From contig CM097886.1 in NCBI GenBank assembly GCA_044892525.1, forward strand, positions 158,162,001 through 158,226,000: DNA of 64,000 nucleotides, written 5' to 3'. Under the pieces are notes generated by a model. That model saw nothing but the letters and a program-made list of their open reading frames with translations, was not told the origin of the DNA and did no database searches. The stretch is from Schmidtea polychroa. Lineage: Eukaryota. Below, piece after piece: positions 29,101 to 44,340 of this stretch. The number at the start of each line of letters is the position of its first letter. Positions within the stretch are counted from its first letter, which is position 1. The translations under genes and the position numbers were made by a program.

Positions 29101-32100
29101 ACTGTCAGAGATATTGATAAAAAATATTTGACATTTGGAAACCATAACCTAAAACACTCTAAAGACTTTGCCCCTTTCACCATTGATCTATTATTATATC
29201 TATCGATTTCTTTTTATATTCAATTGTAAATTTTGTCTTTCGAATTGTTCGAATGCATTAATTATTTAACTCTTTAAAATTTACGTCATGATTGAATTAT
29301 AAAATTTAGAAAAGAAGCTTTATATTTTTGGAAAAATGAATACTATAAAATAGTAAAAAAAATATCTTTGTTCTGCATATTATTAAAGGTTCGTAAGAAT
29401 ATAGAATGAAAAACAATTAAAACAAATCCAGTACCACAAAATCATCAAAATAGTTTTTCAAGATATACTTCACAATAACTACGTGCTAAGTATTATGGGC
29501 AAAACAAAAGCAGCAAAATGTTAAATATATAAATTAAATTATATTAATTAATATAGAATAAAAGATACAACTAAAACTTACGAAAATTGTGCTCTATAAA
29601 TATACAACAACAAATTAATGTCAACAACAAATCAAAATCATAAATGACAATATAACTTACCCAATGCTAGATAAATTAAAATTTATTAATAAATTTTTTA
29701 ACAGTTTTAAAATATAGTTTCTGAGCAAATATTTCAATGTGAGAATGTTGTATTAGATGAAAATAAAAGTGAGTGATAATACAAGGGAATTTAGTAAAAT
29801 GAATTACTGTAATCGAGTTATTTTAAGGCATATAATCCCAGGATTTCAGGAATAGCATTAGAACTTATTACATTGGGTCATCTAACTGGTCGAAGCTTAC
29901 CCATACGTTTCAGCATGCCTAATATTCGCATAATCTTTATTAGGATTATCAGAAAAATTCATAGATCTTAATCTTTTGGTATATTAACTTAAATTTTAAA
30001 GTAATAATTAACTTTGGAAAAGTAGTATTAAAAAAATCATATTTCGAACAAATAAAATTCAAAAATGATGAATATTCAAACATTATTATATTTCTATTAT
30101 TCAATTAGTGTAAAGGATACTTCATATAAATATATCTGGTTTGTGTGCTTAAGAACAAGATATTAGTGATAGAACGAACGATGTTGCAGGAGTCTGTCAA
30201 AGGAAACTTAAATTAAGCTGTAGTAGTACCATAGGTCACTCAAATTTATGGATTTTTATCAAAGGACTAGGAAAATCTTTAAGACTTATGATGTTGACTA
30301 AGAAAAATCAGTAGCACATTTTTAACATTATTACAACCATAAGCACAATGACGAAGGAATTTTGGTAAACGTTATGAATTACAAATTAGGATAATAAAGT
30401 TCAAGGTTCGTTCATAGTATCCAGTGAACTGCAGCGAACCAACATGGGATCCAAAGTATTCATTTAAAGCTTACTATTGATGGTATGGCTTCAATAATTA
30501 TATTTATTATTATTATATTCGGACCTTTCGATTTCGGGACATTTTTGAGCATAATTAAACGAGGAATAAGAAGTATTAAAATATGTATATAAAATATCTT
30601 TTCGGTAAAAATCAGATTGTCTTATTGTTGGGCTAATAAGGTACTTGAATAGGATCTACAATATTTGTTTTAGGCTATTTTTAAACATATGCAATACACA
30701 GCTATTTTATCTGAACATACAAAAATCATATATTTAATTCAATAAGAAAATAATTCCCATACTCATTATAAACCCGGAATTCACAGTAATCAAAAACTCA
30801 GATAAGATAAGAAAACCGAAATTAAAAGATCAAATAATATCAGGGGAAATATTAAAAAAACACCAGATACAAAATAGATTTTAATCTTTTTCAGCCTAGT
30901 AATTTTAGAATGTCCTTTTACAAAGAGATTTTTAAAGCAATTTATCGAATAAAAATAGTTGATCTTTTAATTTCTAAACAATCTAAATATTTTCTGCTAA
31001 GTATATCTTGACGAATAATTCAATGAATGCTTATTTCACATTAAAGATTTATAAAGAGTATATTAAGTAAACCTATTCCACTGCGTATCTAATTGCGTAT
31101 CCAGTTGATTCAAATTTTCCAATACGACACAATATATTTATTTAATTATTAACACGTTGACGGACACTCGGAACGAGTAAAGTTAAAAAATTGACACTCA
31201 ATGTTTTGAACTTTTTAGAGATGTTAGAACCATACTATTTATGTTTAAATAAACTTAGTTTGAACTGATTAAGCACTTAAACTGGGTTGCGGGTATAACA
31301 GTCATGGCGCCAGCCGAACGCGACAGACGATGTAATGTGACAATGACGGCAATTACCTTTTTATTTTTGACGGCTATCGCAGTCATGTTACATTGCGAAC
31401 TTGGCGTTAACGGTTATGGACGCAAGTGTCCGTCAACGTGTTAAACTGAGGTATCGTACTACGTCATTAAGATCACGGTGGAATAATGTCCGAGATAAAG
31501 AACTGTCTCCATATTCTGTGATAATAAGGTCTTCCACCTGCATCTCTTCTGCATATATCAAGCCAGAAAATGAAGCAAATACTGAAATAGTAATGTCTTC
31601 ACTGCCTTACTGATTCCAAATTCGGATATAGTCCATATAGTTCATTATAGTCCATAACGTCTAGCAAACACAATTAGCAATCATTATACCCTCTTCATAC
31701 CATAGACATCCTAAACTTCAAATATTTCTTCTTTCCGCTTGTCCACTGTCATATGCATTCTACACTAGTGTTGCAAACTTTATTAGGAACTCAGGACTTA
31801 TCCTAGGCGAATGCCAAAATACGAATGATATATTTGCTTTGCAATATAAGTTATATTCTTCAAGTAGTAGGATGTGGGCCATCCAGATCATGTCCCCTCC
31901 AGATCACATATACCCCCTCCCCCCCCCCCCCGGGGAAAAAATTTTTATTTTAAATAAAAGGTCAAGGTCATTTATTTTTTTTTAATTAAATTTTTTGTTT
32001 TAATTAAGTGATCCAGAGGGGACCTACTTTTTTTTCTTCCCAAAAATTAATGTTCCTGCCAACAGATTTTATTGACCGATACCTCATCTTAAAGCTCAGT

Positions 32101-33297
32101 CCAAGACCTTTCGAATGAGCTATAGGTATCATATATATCTTTAATAGTTTTAATGTTATTAACATTTAATGACCACCATCTTTTAAAGTTAAATTATTAT
32201 TATTTGTCAAAATATTATTAAGTGATCCAGAGGGGACCTACTTTTTGTCATCCCAAAGATTAATGTTCCCGCCAACATATTATATTGATCGATAGCTTAT
32301 TTTAAAGCTCTGTGCAAGACCTTTCTAAGGAGATATAGATTTCTATAATATGATGACTCATCACATTTTTAAAACAAAGACAATGACTCGTCATATTTTT
32401 AGAACGATGCCTAATATTTTTAGAATGATTACGTCATAATTTTAGAACGATGTCTATTATTTTTAGAATGATGTCTATTATTTTTAGAATGATGCCTAAT
32501 ATTTTTAGAATGATTACGTCATACTTTTAGAACGATGCCTATTATTTTTAGAATGATGTCTAATATTTTTAGAACGATTACATCATACTTTTAGAACGAT
32601 GCCTAATATTTTTAGAATGATGTCTAATATTTTAGAATGATGCCTAATATTTTTAGAATGATTACGTCATAATTTTAGAACGATGTCTATTATTTTTAGA
32701 ATGATGCCTAATATTTTTAGAATGATTACGTCATAATTTTAGAACGATGTCTATTATTTTTAGAATGATGCCTAATATTTTTAGAATGATTACGTCATAC
32801 TTTTAGAACGACGCCAAATACTTTTAGAACGATTACGTCATAATTTTAGAACGATGTCTATTATTTTTAGAATGATGCCTAATATTTTTAGAACTATTAC
32901 GTAATCGATGTCTAATATTTTTAGAACGATGCCAAATATTTTTAGAACGATGCCAAATATTTTTAGAACGATGCCAAATATTTTTAGAGCGATTACGTAA
33001 TACTTTTAGAACGATGCCTAATATTTTTAGAACGATGTCTATTATTTTTAGAACGATGCCTAATATTTTTAGAACGATGCCTAATATTTTTAGAACGATG
33101 CCAATTATTTTTAGAATGATTACATCATACTTTTAGAACGATGTCTAATATTTTTAGAATTAATAATTTTGTTTTAATTATCGATGATTATATAATTTGT
33201 TTAAATCATTGATTATATAATTCTTTTGTTTTAATTATAGAATACGTAATAATATAATTTTGTTTAAATCGTTGATTACATATTATTATTTTCTAAG

Positions 33298-33342
<45 letters not shown>

Positions 33343-33720
33343 CATATATATATACAGAGTCTATCCGACAAAATATTCTGTCCCCCTAAGGGTACTGCAC
33401 ACAAGGGCACTACTCACATGGGTAATTGTCACAAGGGTACTACTCACATTCAACAAGTCACAAGGGTACTGCTCACATTCAACATGTCTCAAAGGGTATA
33501 ATATAATTATTATTAAATTCCGACCAACTTAAATCAATGAAGGGGTAGAACAAAATATATTACGTTGCGGTATTTTAAAATTTAAATATATTTTAAAAAC
33601 GTATTTTGATACTAAAGTTTACTTAATTAACAAAGACATAATTATTGCACATGCTTTGCATAAATATTATTATTTTTTAAATTTTCAATATTTTCTTTTA
33701 AAGTATTAACACGCGCGGGA

Positions 33721-33756
<36 letters not shown>

Positions 33757-34032
33757 ATTATTATTATTATTATTATCATTATTAGTGAAAACCTAAAATA
33801 TTTTTTTACACACACACACACAACCCCTCAACCATTATTATTATTATCAATATTAAAAACCTAAAATATTTTCTACACACATGCACAACTCATTAACCAT
33901 TATTATTATCATTATTAGTGAAAACCTAAAATATGGTTTACACACACACACACACGACCCATTAACAATTATTTGTATCAATATTAGTGAAAACCTAAAA
34001 TATCTTCTACACACATATACAACCCATTAAAC

Positions 34033-34074
<42 letters not shown>

Positions 34075-34445
34075 GCAAATATTAGTCAAAAACATAAAAA
34101 CACACACTCAACCAATTAACAATTATTATTATCAATATTATTATTATTGCAAATACTAGTCAAAAACTTAAAATTTTATTTTTTTTTTTACACACACACA
34201 CAACCCATTAACCATTATTATTATTGCAAATATTAGTCAAAAACATAAAAACACTCATAAACCATTATTATTATCAATATTCGTGAAAACCTCAAATATT
34301 TTTTACACACACACACACAACCCATTAACCATTATTATTATTGCAAATATTAGTCAAAAACATAAAAACACTCATAAACCATTATTATTATCAATATTAG
34401 TGAAAACCTCAAATATTTTTTACACACATATACAACCCATTAAAC

Positions 34446-34508
<63 letters not shown>

Positions 34509-37500
34509 ATTATTATTATTATTAGTGAAAAAACCTTAAATAATTTTTACATACTAAGTTATGGGGTAGAGTATTATTATGTTTGCAGTATTCTGTGTTT
34601 GCCTTTACAGGAAGTTGTCAATAAGGAGCGATAATTTTACACACACATCCTATATACACATACCTTGTTTAACATGGGTGTATATACTCCTAGTCTATCC
34701 GACAAAATATTCTGTCCCCCTATGGGTATTGCTCACAAAGGTACTACTCACACTCAACATATCGCAAGGGTATATTAATTATGGTTAGTAAATAAAACCT
34801 ATCACACACACTTTTATATTTAAACTATAAAAATCAAGACAAGAGAGGACAAGGCAAAGTTTATGCATTTATTATTGCCAGGCCTAATGAGCAGTGACCA
34901 AATATCTGTGCCTGAAAGACACGGTGGATATTTGTTCGCGTCCACAAGGGTCGTCTGTGCCTCCCCCAAGTGGGGTCAAAAGAACCTGGGCATTATAGTT
35001 TTCCGTACGGAACATTACGCCTAGCATGGGTAGTCAACTACCAGTATATTCGAAACGTATAATTTCAAAATACATGCGTCATTGGCACTACAACCAAATT
35101 AATTAATGTTTTCACTAACACAAATATATATTTACAGAGGCCTCCCACTAGTTGGATTACAACCGCCCACCACGACGATCAGCTTGTAAATATATATTAA
35201 TTAAGGGATAAAGAGGACCCACCCAACCCTATTATATTTAATTTACAAATTTTTCTCGCTCTTCTGCTGGTAATCTATCTCAAAATTATCATCTCCATCG
35301 GGCCATTTGGAATACATCTTGCGAATTGGACGTATTTCTTAGTTTCTGATGCGGCGTCAACTATCATTGCTAAAATTTATATTGATTTAAAAGCAATTAA
35401 CTTACATTATCTAGCATTTTATCGTCACAGGCTTGATAAATTAGGCAACTGTTATTTGTGGTATACTTTTTCAATGTCATTTCCCACCATAAAACACCGA
35501 TACCTAAATATAATATATATATTTTAAAGAATTAATTCATGTCTTACATTAATAATAATATTCTTCAGGTAGTACTTTACAATATCTAATTGATAAAACA
35601 TCGGTTTTTTCCCATTTTTCTTGACATTCGTTGAAAGTTTACATAATTTAAGTCTGATAATTCATGTTGAAGGACACCCCCAATCAGCTAATTCATTTAA
35701 GAAATCCCGAACATAGCAATGTTTCACCATTTTGTCTGGTTCATTTTCTTCTATAATTCATGTTTTAATAAGAAATTTCTAAATCCAGAACATAAGTCAT
35801 TTAGTGTTTCACCATTTTGTTCATCTTCTTCATAATCATATAATTCATTTTCTTCATTACTAAGTAAAATAATTAAAATATTTTAGTAAATTCTTTATTT
35901 ACTTACTTTATGGATACTAAAACGAAAGAAATAACGTTATATCAGAATTATATTTAAATAATTTAAATTTAGTTATTTAAACATATTTAAACAATTTAGT
36001 TATTTAAGCATATTTAAACATTAACATTATTATATAGTATAATTTTATATAATATTATAATTTTATGTATTGTAAATTTAATATATCCTTCATTTAATTT
36101 TTTAAATTCAAAAATTTATAATGAAGATTCTTTGAATTAAAAAATATTCTGTTAGTATTTCCAGGCAGAAAACAACGAATTCAATAATTAAAATCTTAAT
36201 TTTCATGTTGTTAGGGTTGTGGCCAGAAGTTAATCGCCATCTAATCGTTTGTTCTCAATTTCGCTCATTTTTGTTCAAAACATTCAGGTGAGTTGTTATC
36301 TGGAAAGTTTCTTTGAGCTCAGTTTTGTTAAAACACTCACGGTATTTTTGAGGGACGTGACACTGGAAATAAATTAACAATGGGTGGTCTTGCATACATG
36401 TTGTTGGTTTGAACTGTTGATTTATTTTAGAAATATGTATATTAAAAACATTTAAGGTATCATTCAGTAAAATAATATAGTATTTTTGAGTATGTTTTAG
36501 TTGATTTATAAATAACAGTATTTTGATATATCAATAAAGACCATATACTCCGAGTTTATCCGACAAAATATTCAGTCCCCCTATAGGTATTGGTAGCAAG
36601 GGTACTGGTCACACTCAACATGTCGCAATATTAATCATTTAGAAATTCTTAGGTAAGATAATCAGAAATTTGTGAATATTTTAAATGTAACTTTACACTT
36701 ATGTCGAGCGACTAATTTATTGGTTAACTTTGTAGTCATTTAAAGCAAAAGGTAATTTATTCATCTAATGTTCGTTACAATAGTTAATAATATGAGAAAA
36801 ACATGGTCATTATTCATTGATAATTTTAAATTCTTTATCATTTGGAGTAAATTTGTTTGAGGCAAAAATATTTAAAGGAGTCATAATAGAAATATGGTTA
36901 TCATTTATCCAATTAAGGGGCTTATTAGTTAGAAATATAAAGTAACAATTCTTTTCTAATTTAATTAGATGATCATTAGACGTAGTATATCTTTGCGAGA
37001 AATTTAAGATGTTTGAGTAACCAAAACATGGATATTTTGTGCGATAAATTTATGAATATTGGTTAATTTTCTCATTTTTAGTGATTTAAAATAATATTTA
37101 GCAAAGGTAATTTGGCAAAATATCACTTATCCATCCGATAATAATATTCCTTCAATAGATTTTACCTTTAATATTCAACCGATTTAATTTCTAATTAAAA
37201 TCATAAAATTCCTTCAATAAAGATCAATTTTCTTTAACCGTTGTCGATTTCCAACTTTTAAGTCAATATTTCTCAAGTTTTGTCACTGATGTCCCCACAA
37301 TGAATAAAATAACTTCTTAAGTAAAATAATTTAAAGCAGTAACCTTTGATATCAATCCCAATTAATTCTAAAGATTTCAAATATTTCATTGTCAAAACCA
37401 AGTAAATTGATCATTAACCCTAAAAGACTTAATAAAACAGTGGATAATTAATAAAAAACTGGTTCTAAAACATAAATCTAAATTACTGTGCAAAGACATT

Positions 37501-40500
37501 CATCACAACCTAATAAACCTCTAAAACGATATAATTTCACAGGAACTATTATTAATTCATAGCTAAATACTGACTATTTCCCTTTAAAATTTTACCAATA
37601 AGATCATTGTCGATTTAAATAGAGATTTCAAACATTTCCACCTTAACCGATCCCTCACCAAATATTTCTACCATTTTAAAAACCCCCTTAAAAATCATAT
37701 ATTACCATTTTAACTGAACCTTCACTAATTCCATCCGGCTATAATATATCAGCCCTTTAATATATCAATTCTCTTAAAATCCATAGAAAATTCTTCAAAA
37801 TATGAATTGTATTTAATTGTTACAGACATTCTTCCATTGAAATAATTTAGTAGCTAAATTCAAAGAGTCCACTAAAAGATCAAAATTCATTAAAATAAAT
37901 ATTTAACCACATGTATCATCAAATACCTAACTAGAGATGATAATATCTCATTGATTGATCATAATTCTTCATCGATTCAACTAATTATAGCCATTACAAC
38001 ATGATATATCTTTCAAACTAAATTTCAGTATATTTTACAATAATTTTCAAGTAGATTTCAAATATATCATCATCATGAAAAAATTAGCTGGTTTCAACTT
38101 TAGATTTTCAATATTTTAAAGTTCATCAATGTGTAAATATTCTTAGAAAAATATATGAAAAATTATTTAGTCAAATTATCATTACAAAGTCATCATCAAA
38201 ATTAATTTTTATTTAAAATTTAAAAACAAGTCAATAAAACATAGCAAATTATCAAGAAATTAATTAAATTTATCTTAGAATTAACACTAAACCTTAAATA
38301 TTCTTTCAATTAACATAAAATTCACAAAAAATGTTAGTAAAATCCCGCTAACTCTAAAAAATTACCAATGAATTTATTGCCAAATAATAACCAAATATTT
38401 GCCTAAATAAAACACAACAGTACCTTTACGACCAGTACCCTTACGAGCAGTACCAATTGTGAACAGTACCCATAGAGGGAGAAAATATCTTGTCGGATAA
38501 ACTCAGAGTATATATAATAAAACGAATTAACAATAACTCCATCAAATTGAATCAGTCAAATTAACACAAATTTTGATAAAAAATCTTATTCTAAAATGGT
38601 AAGAAGCGTAAAGTCGAAAGATAATTTTAATAACACCGAGATAAATTAACAATATTATTCTCAGGTGGTAAGAATCTTCATTAAAGTTAGGAAATTATAA
38701 GAACTACCAATTGCTATAAAATATTTAAACGAATTTAGTTTTGTTGTTTTATAACTTTTGGTTATATTTGAGTGAGTTTTCGAGTATACCTTTTAACTTT
38801 CAGTGCTCATTTTCATTAAAAAGAGTAATGTATCTTAAATTATCTTTTGGAATATTTGTTTTTGAAATATTTAGTGTAAAATAGTAAATTTAATAATAAA
38901 TTGTTAATATTAAAGGACTTAATCAAAATTTAAAATCGGAATTTATCATAATTACTCTGTCAAATACAATTCACGGTTTCTTATGTAATAAAATAATCAT
39001 TTGGGGATTAAATACTTTATTAAATAAAAGTTTATCACATTATTAAAATATTTTAATTCGTTAGTAGCTCATATAATAGAAATAATTTTATATATCCTCA
39101 TCACTTATAGCCGCCGACTCTCGATTTCCCACTAATTATTATCATTTATATTCTCCTGGCAAATATTTCTTTTAAAATTGTATTAAATATTTTTTTATTA
39201 AAGTGAACGTTTTTTATGAATTTTTATGAAATTTATGAATTTTATGAAATAATTTTAAATAAATACAATTAATATATATCCATGCCACTTCTCAGTATAT
39301 TTTCATTAACCTTCCATAATCCAATAATGAATTATTCTAACACTTATTTTAACCCCTTTGAAGTTTATTATTAATTTATCACAGAATAATAAATAATTTC
39401 CTAACTTTAATGAAGATTCTTACCACCTGAGAATAATATTGTTAATTTATCTCGGTGTTATTAAAATTATCTTTCGACTTTACGCTTCTTACCATTTTAG
39501 AATAAGATTTTTTATCAAAATTTGTGTTAATTTGACTGATTCAATTTGATGGAGTTATTGTTAATTCGTTTTATTATATATACTCTGAGTTTATCCGACA
39601 AGATATTTTCTCCCTCTATGGGTACTGTTCACAATTGGTACTGCTCGTAAGGGTACTGGTCGTAAAGGTACTGGTGTGTTTTATTTAGGCAAATTTTTGG
39701 TTATTATTTAGCATTAAATTCGTTGGTAATTTTTAGAGTTAGCGGGATTTTACTAACATTATTACTAACCTTTTTGTGAATAATTGAAAGAATATTTTGA
39801 AATTTAACGTTTTAGTGTTAATTCTAAGACAAATTTAATTAATTTCTTGATAATTTGCTATATTTTATTGACTTGTTTTTAAATTTACTTTTAAATAATA
39901 ATATTTTTAATGACAGTTAGGTTAATAATTAGAGTTTTTACAATAATCAAGTTATTATTATTTAATTTTTGTAAAAATTATTGTAAAATATACTGAAATT
40001 TGTGATTTTGAAAGATATATCACGTTATAATTGCTATATAATTAGTTGAATCGATGAAGAATTATGATCAATCAATGAGATATTATCATCTCTAGTTAGG
40101 TATTTGATGGTAAATGTGGTGAAATATTTGTAGAAAATATTGATTTTAGTAAATTTTGATCTTTTAGTGGACTCTTTGAATTTAGATACTAAATTATTTC
40201 AATGGAAGGATGTCTGTAACAAATAAATACAATTCATATTTTGAAGAATTTTCTATGGATTTTAAGAGAATTGATATATTAAAGGGCTGATATATTATAG
40301 CCGGATGGAATTAGTGAAGGTTCAGTTAAAATGGTAATATATGATTTTTAAGGGGGTGTTTAAAATGGTAGAAATATTTGGTGAGGGATCGGTTAAGGTG
40401 GAAATGTTTGAAATCTCTATTTAAATCGACAATGATCTTATTGGTAAAATTTTAAAGGGAAATAGTCAGTATTTAGCTATGAATTAATAATAGTTCCTGT

Positions 40501-43500
40501 GAAATTATATCGTTTTAGAGGTTTATTAGGTTGTGATGAATGTCTTTGCACAGTAATTTAGATTTATGTTTTAGAACCAGTTTTTTATTAATTATCCACT
40601 GTTTTATTAAGTCTTTTAGGGTTAATGATCAATTTACTTGGTTTTGACAATGAAATATTTGAAATCTTTAGAATTAATTGGGATTGATATCAAAGGTTAT
40701 TGCTTTAAATTATTTTACTTAAGAAGTTATTTTATTCATTGTGGGGACATCAGTGACAAAACCTGAGAAATATTGACTTAAAAGTTGGAAATCGACAACG
40801 GTTAAAGAAAATTGATCTTTATTGAAGGAATTTTATGATTTTAATTAGAAATTAAATCGGTTGAATATTAAAGGTAAAATCTATTGAAGGAATATTATTA
40901 TCGGATGGATAAGTGATATTTTGCCAAATTACCTTTGCTAAATATTATTTTAAATCACTAAAAATGAGAAAATTAACCAATATTCATAAATTTATCGCAC
41001 AAAATATCCATGTTTTGGTTACTCAAACATCTTAAATTTCTCGCAAAGATATACTACGTCTAATGATCATCTAATTAAATTAGAAAAGAATTGTTACTTT
41101 ATATTTCTAACTAATAAGCCCCTTAATTGGATAAATGATAACCATATTTCTATTATGACTCCTTTAAATATTTTTGCCTCAAACAAATTTACTCCAAATG
41201 ATAAAGAATTTAAAATTATCAATGAATAATGACCATGTTTTTCTCATATTATTAACTATTGTAACGAACATTAGATGAATAAATTACCTTTTGCTTTAAA
41301 TGACTACAAAGTTAACCAATAAATTAGTCGCTCGACATAAGTGTAAAGTTACATTTAAAATATTCACAAATTTCTGATTATCTTACCTAAGAATTTCTAA
41401 ATGATTAATATTGCGACATGTTGAGTGTGACCAGTACCCTTGCTACCAATACCTATAGGGGGACTGAATATTTTGTCGGATAAACTCGGAGTATATGGTC
41501 TTTATTGATATATCAAAATACTGTTATTTATAAATCAACTAAAACATACTCAAAAATACTATATTATTTTACTGAATGATACCTTAAATGTTTTTAATAT
41601 ACATATTTCTAAAATAAATCAACAGTTCAAACCAACAACATGTATGCAAGACCACCCATTGTTAATTTATTTCCAGTGTCACGTCCCTCAAAAATACCGT
41701 GAGTGTTTTAACAAAACTGAGCTCAAAGAAACTTTCCAGATAACAACTCACCTGAATGTTTTGAACAAAAATGAGCGAAATTGAGAACAAACGATTAGAT
41801 GGCGATTAACTTCTGGCCACAACCCTAACAACATGAAAATTAAGATTTTAATTATTGAATTCGTTGTTTTCTGCCTGGAAATACTAACAGAATATTTTTT
41901 AATTCAAAGAATCTTCATTATAAATTTTTGAATTTAAAAAATTAAATGAAGGATATATTAAATTTACAATACATAAAATTATAATATTATATAAAATTAT
42001 ACTATATAATAATGTTAATGTTTAAATATGCTTAAATAACTAAATTGTTTAAATATGTTTAAATAACTAAATTTAAATTATTTAAATATAATTCTGATAT
42101 AACGTTATTTCTTTCGTTTTAGTATCCATAAAGTAAGTAAATAAAGAATTTACTAAAATATTTTAATTATTTTACTTAGTAATGAAGAAAATGAATTATA
42201 TGATTATGAAGAAGATGAACCAGACAAAATGGTGAAACACTAAATGACTTATGTTCTGGATTTAGAAATTTCTTATTAAAACATGAATTATAGAAGAAAA
42301 TGAACCAGACAAAATGGTGAAACATTGCTATGTTCGGGATTTCTTAAATGAATTAGCTGATTGGGGGTGTCCTTCAACATGAATTATCAGACTTAAATTA
42401 TGTAAACTTTCAACGAATGTCAAGAAAAATGGGAAAAAACCGATGTTTTATCAATTAGATATTGTAAAGTACTACCTGAAGAATATTATTATTAATGTAA
42501 GACATGAATTAATTCTTTAAAATATATATATTATATTTAGGTATCGGTGTTTTATGGTGGGAAATGACATTGAAAAAGTATACCACAAATAACAGTTGCC
42601 TAATTTATCAAGCCTGTGACGATAAAATGCTAGATAATGTAAGTTAATTGCTTTTAAATCAATATAAATTTTAGCAATGATAGTTGACGCCGCATCAGAA
42701 ACTAAGAAATACGTCCAATTCGCAAGATGTATTCCAAATGGCCCGATGGAGATGATAATTTTGAGATAGATTACCAGCAGAAGAGCGAGAAAAATTTGTA
42801 AATTAAATATAATAGGGTTGGGTGGGTCCTCTTTATCCCTTAATTAATATATATTTACAAGCTGATCGTCGTGGTGGGCGGTTGTAATCCAACTAGTGGG
42901 AGGCCTCTGTAAATATATATTTGTGTTAGTGAAAACATTAATTAATTTGGTTATAGTGCCAATGACGCATGTATTTTGAAATTATACGTTTCGAATATAC
43001 TGGTAGTTGACTACCCATGCTAGGCGTAATGTTCCGTACGGAAAACTATAATGCCCAGGTTCTTTTGACCCCACTTGGGGGAGGCACAGACGACCCTTGT
43101 GGACGCGAACAAATATCCACCGTGTCTTTCAGGCACAGATATTTGGTCACTGCTCATTAGGCCTGGCAATAATAAATGCATAAACTTTGCCTTGTCCTCT
43201 CTTGTCTTGATTTTTATAGTTTAAATATAAAAGTGTGTGTGATAGGTTTTATTTACTAACCATAATTAATATACCCTTGCGATATGTTGAGTGTGAGTAG
43301 TACCTTTGTGAGCAATACCCATAGGGGGACAGAATATTTTGTCGGATAGACTAGGAGTATATACACCCATGTTAAACAAGGTATGTGTATATAGGATGTG
43401 TGTGTAAAATTATCGCTCCTTATTGACAACTTCCTGTAAAGGCAAACACAGAATACTGCAAACATAATAATACTCTACCCCATAACTTAGTATGTAAAAA

Positions 43501-43535
43501 TTATTTAAGGTTTTTTCACTAATAATAATAATAAT

Positions 43536-43604
<69 letters not shown>

Positions 43605-43975
43605 GTTTAATGGGTTGTATATGTGTGTAAAAAATATTTGAGGTTTTCACTAATATTGATAATAATAATGGTTTATGAGTGTTTTTATGTTTTTGACTAA
43701 TATTTGCAATAATAATAATGGTTAATGGGTTGTGTGTGTGTGTGTAAAAAATATTTGAGGTTTTCACGAATATTGATAATAATAATGGTTTATGAGTGTT
43801 TTTATGTTTTTGACTAATATTTGCAATAATAATAATGGTTAATGGGTTGTGTGTGTGTGTAAAAAAAAAAATAAAATTTTAAGTTTTTGACTAGTATTTG
43901 CAATAATAATAATATTGATAATAATAATTGTTAATTGGTTGAGTGTGTGTTTTTATGTTTTTGACTAATATTTGC

Positions 43976-44023
<48 letters not shown>

Positions 44024-44304
44024 GTTTAATGGGTTGTATATGTGTGTAGAAGATATTTTAGGTTTTCACTAATATTGATACAAATAATTGTTAATGGGTC
44101 GTGTGTGTGTGTGTGTGTAAACCATATTTTAGGTTTTCACTAATAATGATAATAATAATGGTTAATGAGTTGTGCATGTGTGTAGAAAATATTTTAGGTT
44201 TTTAATATTGATAATAATAATAATGGTTGAGGGGTTGTGTGTGTGTGTGTAAAAAAATATTTTAGGTTTTCACTAATAATGATAATAATAATAATAATAA
44301 TAAT

Positions 44305-44340
<36 letters not shown>

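Noticed and set aside
32395-33160. CRISPR-like array (constant repeat plus variable part)
   Set aside because: The variable parts are only about 9 nt and are reused in three variants, not unique spacers. There are no cas genes and the context is eukaryotic. It is a minisatellite.
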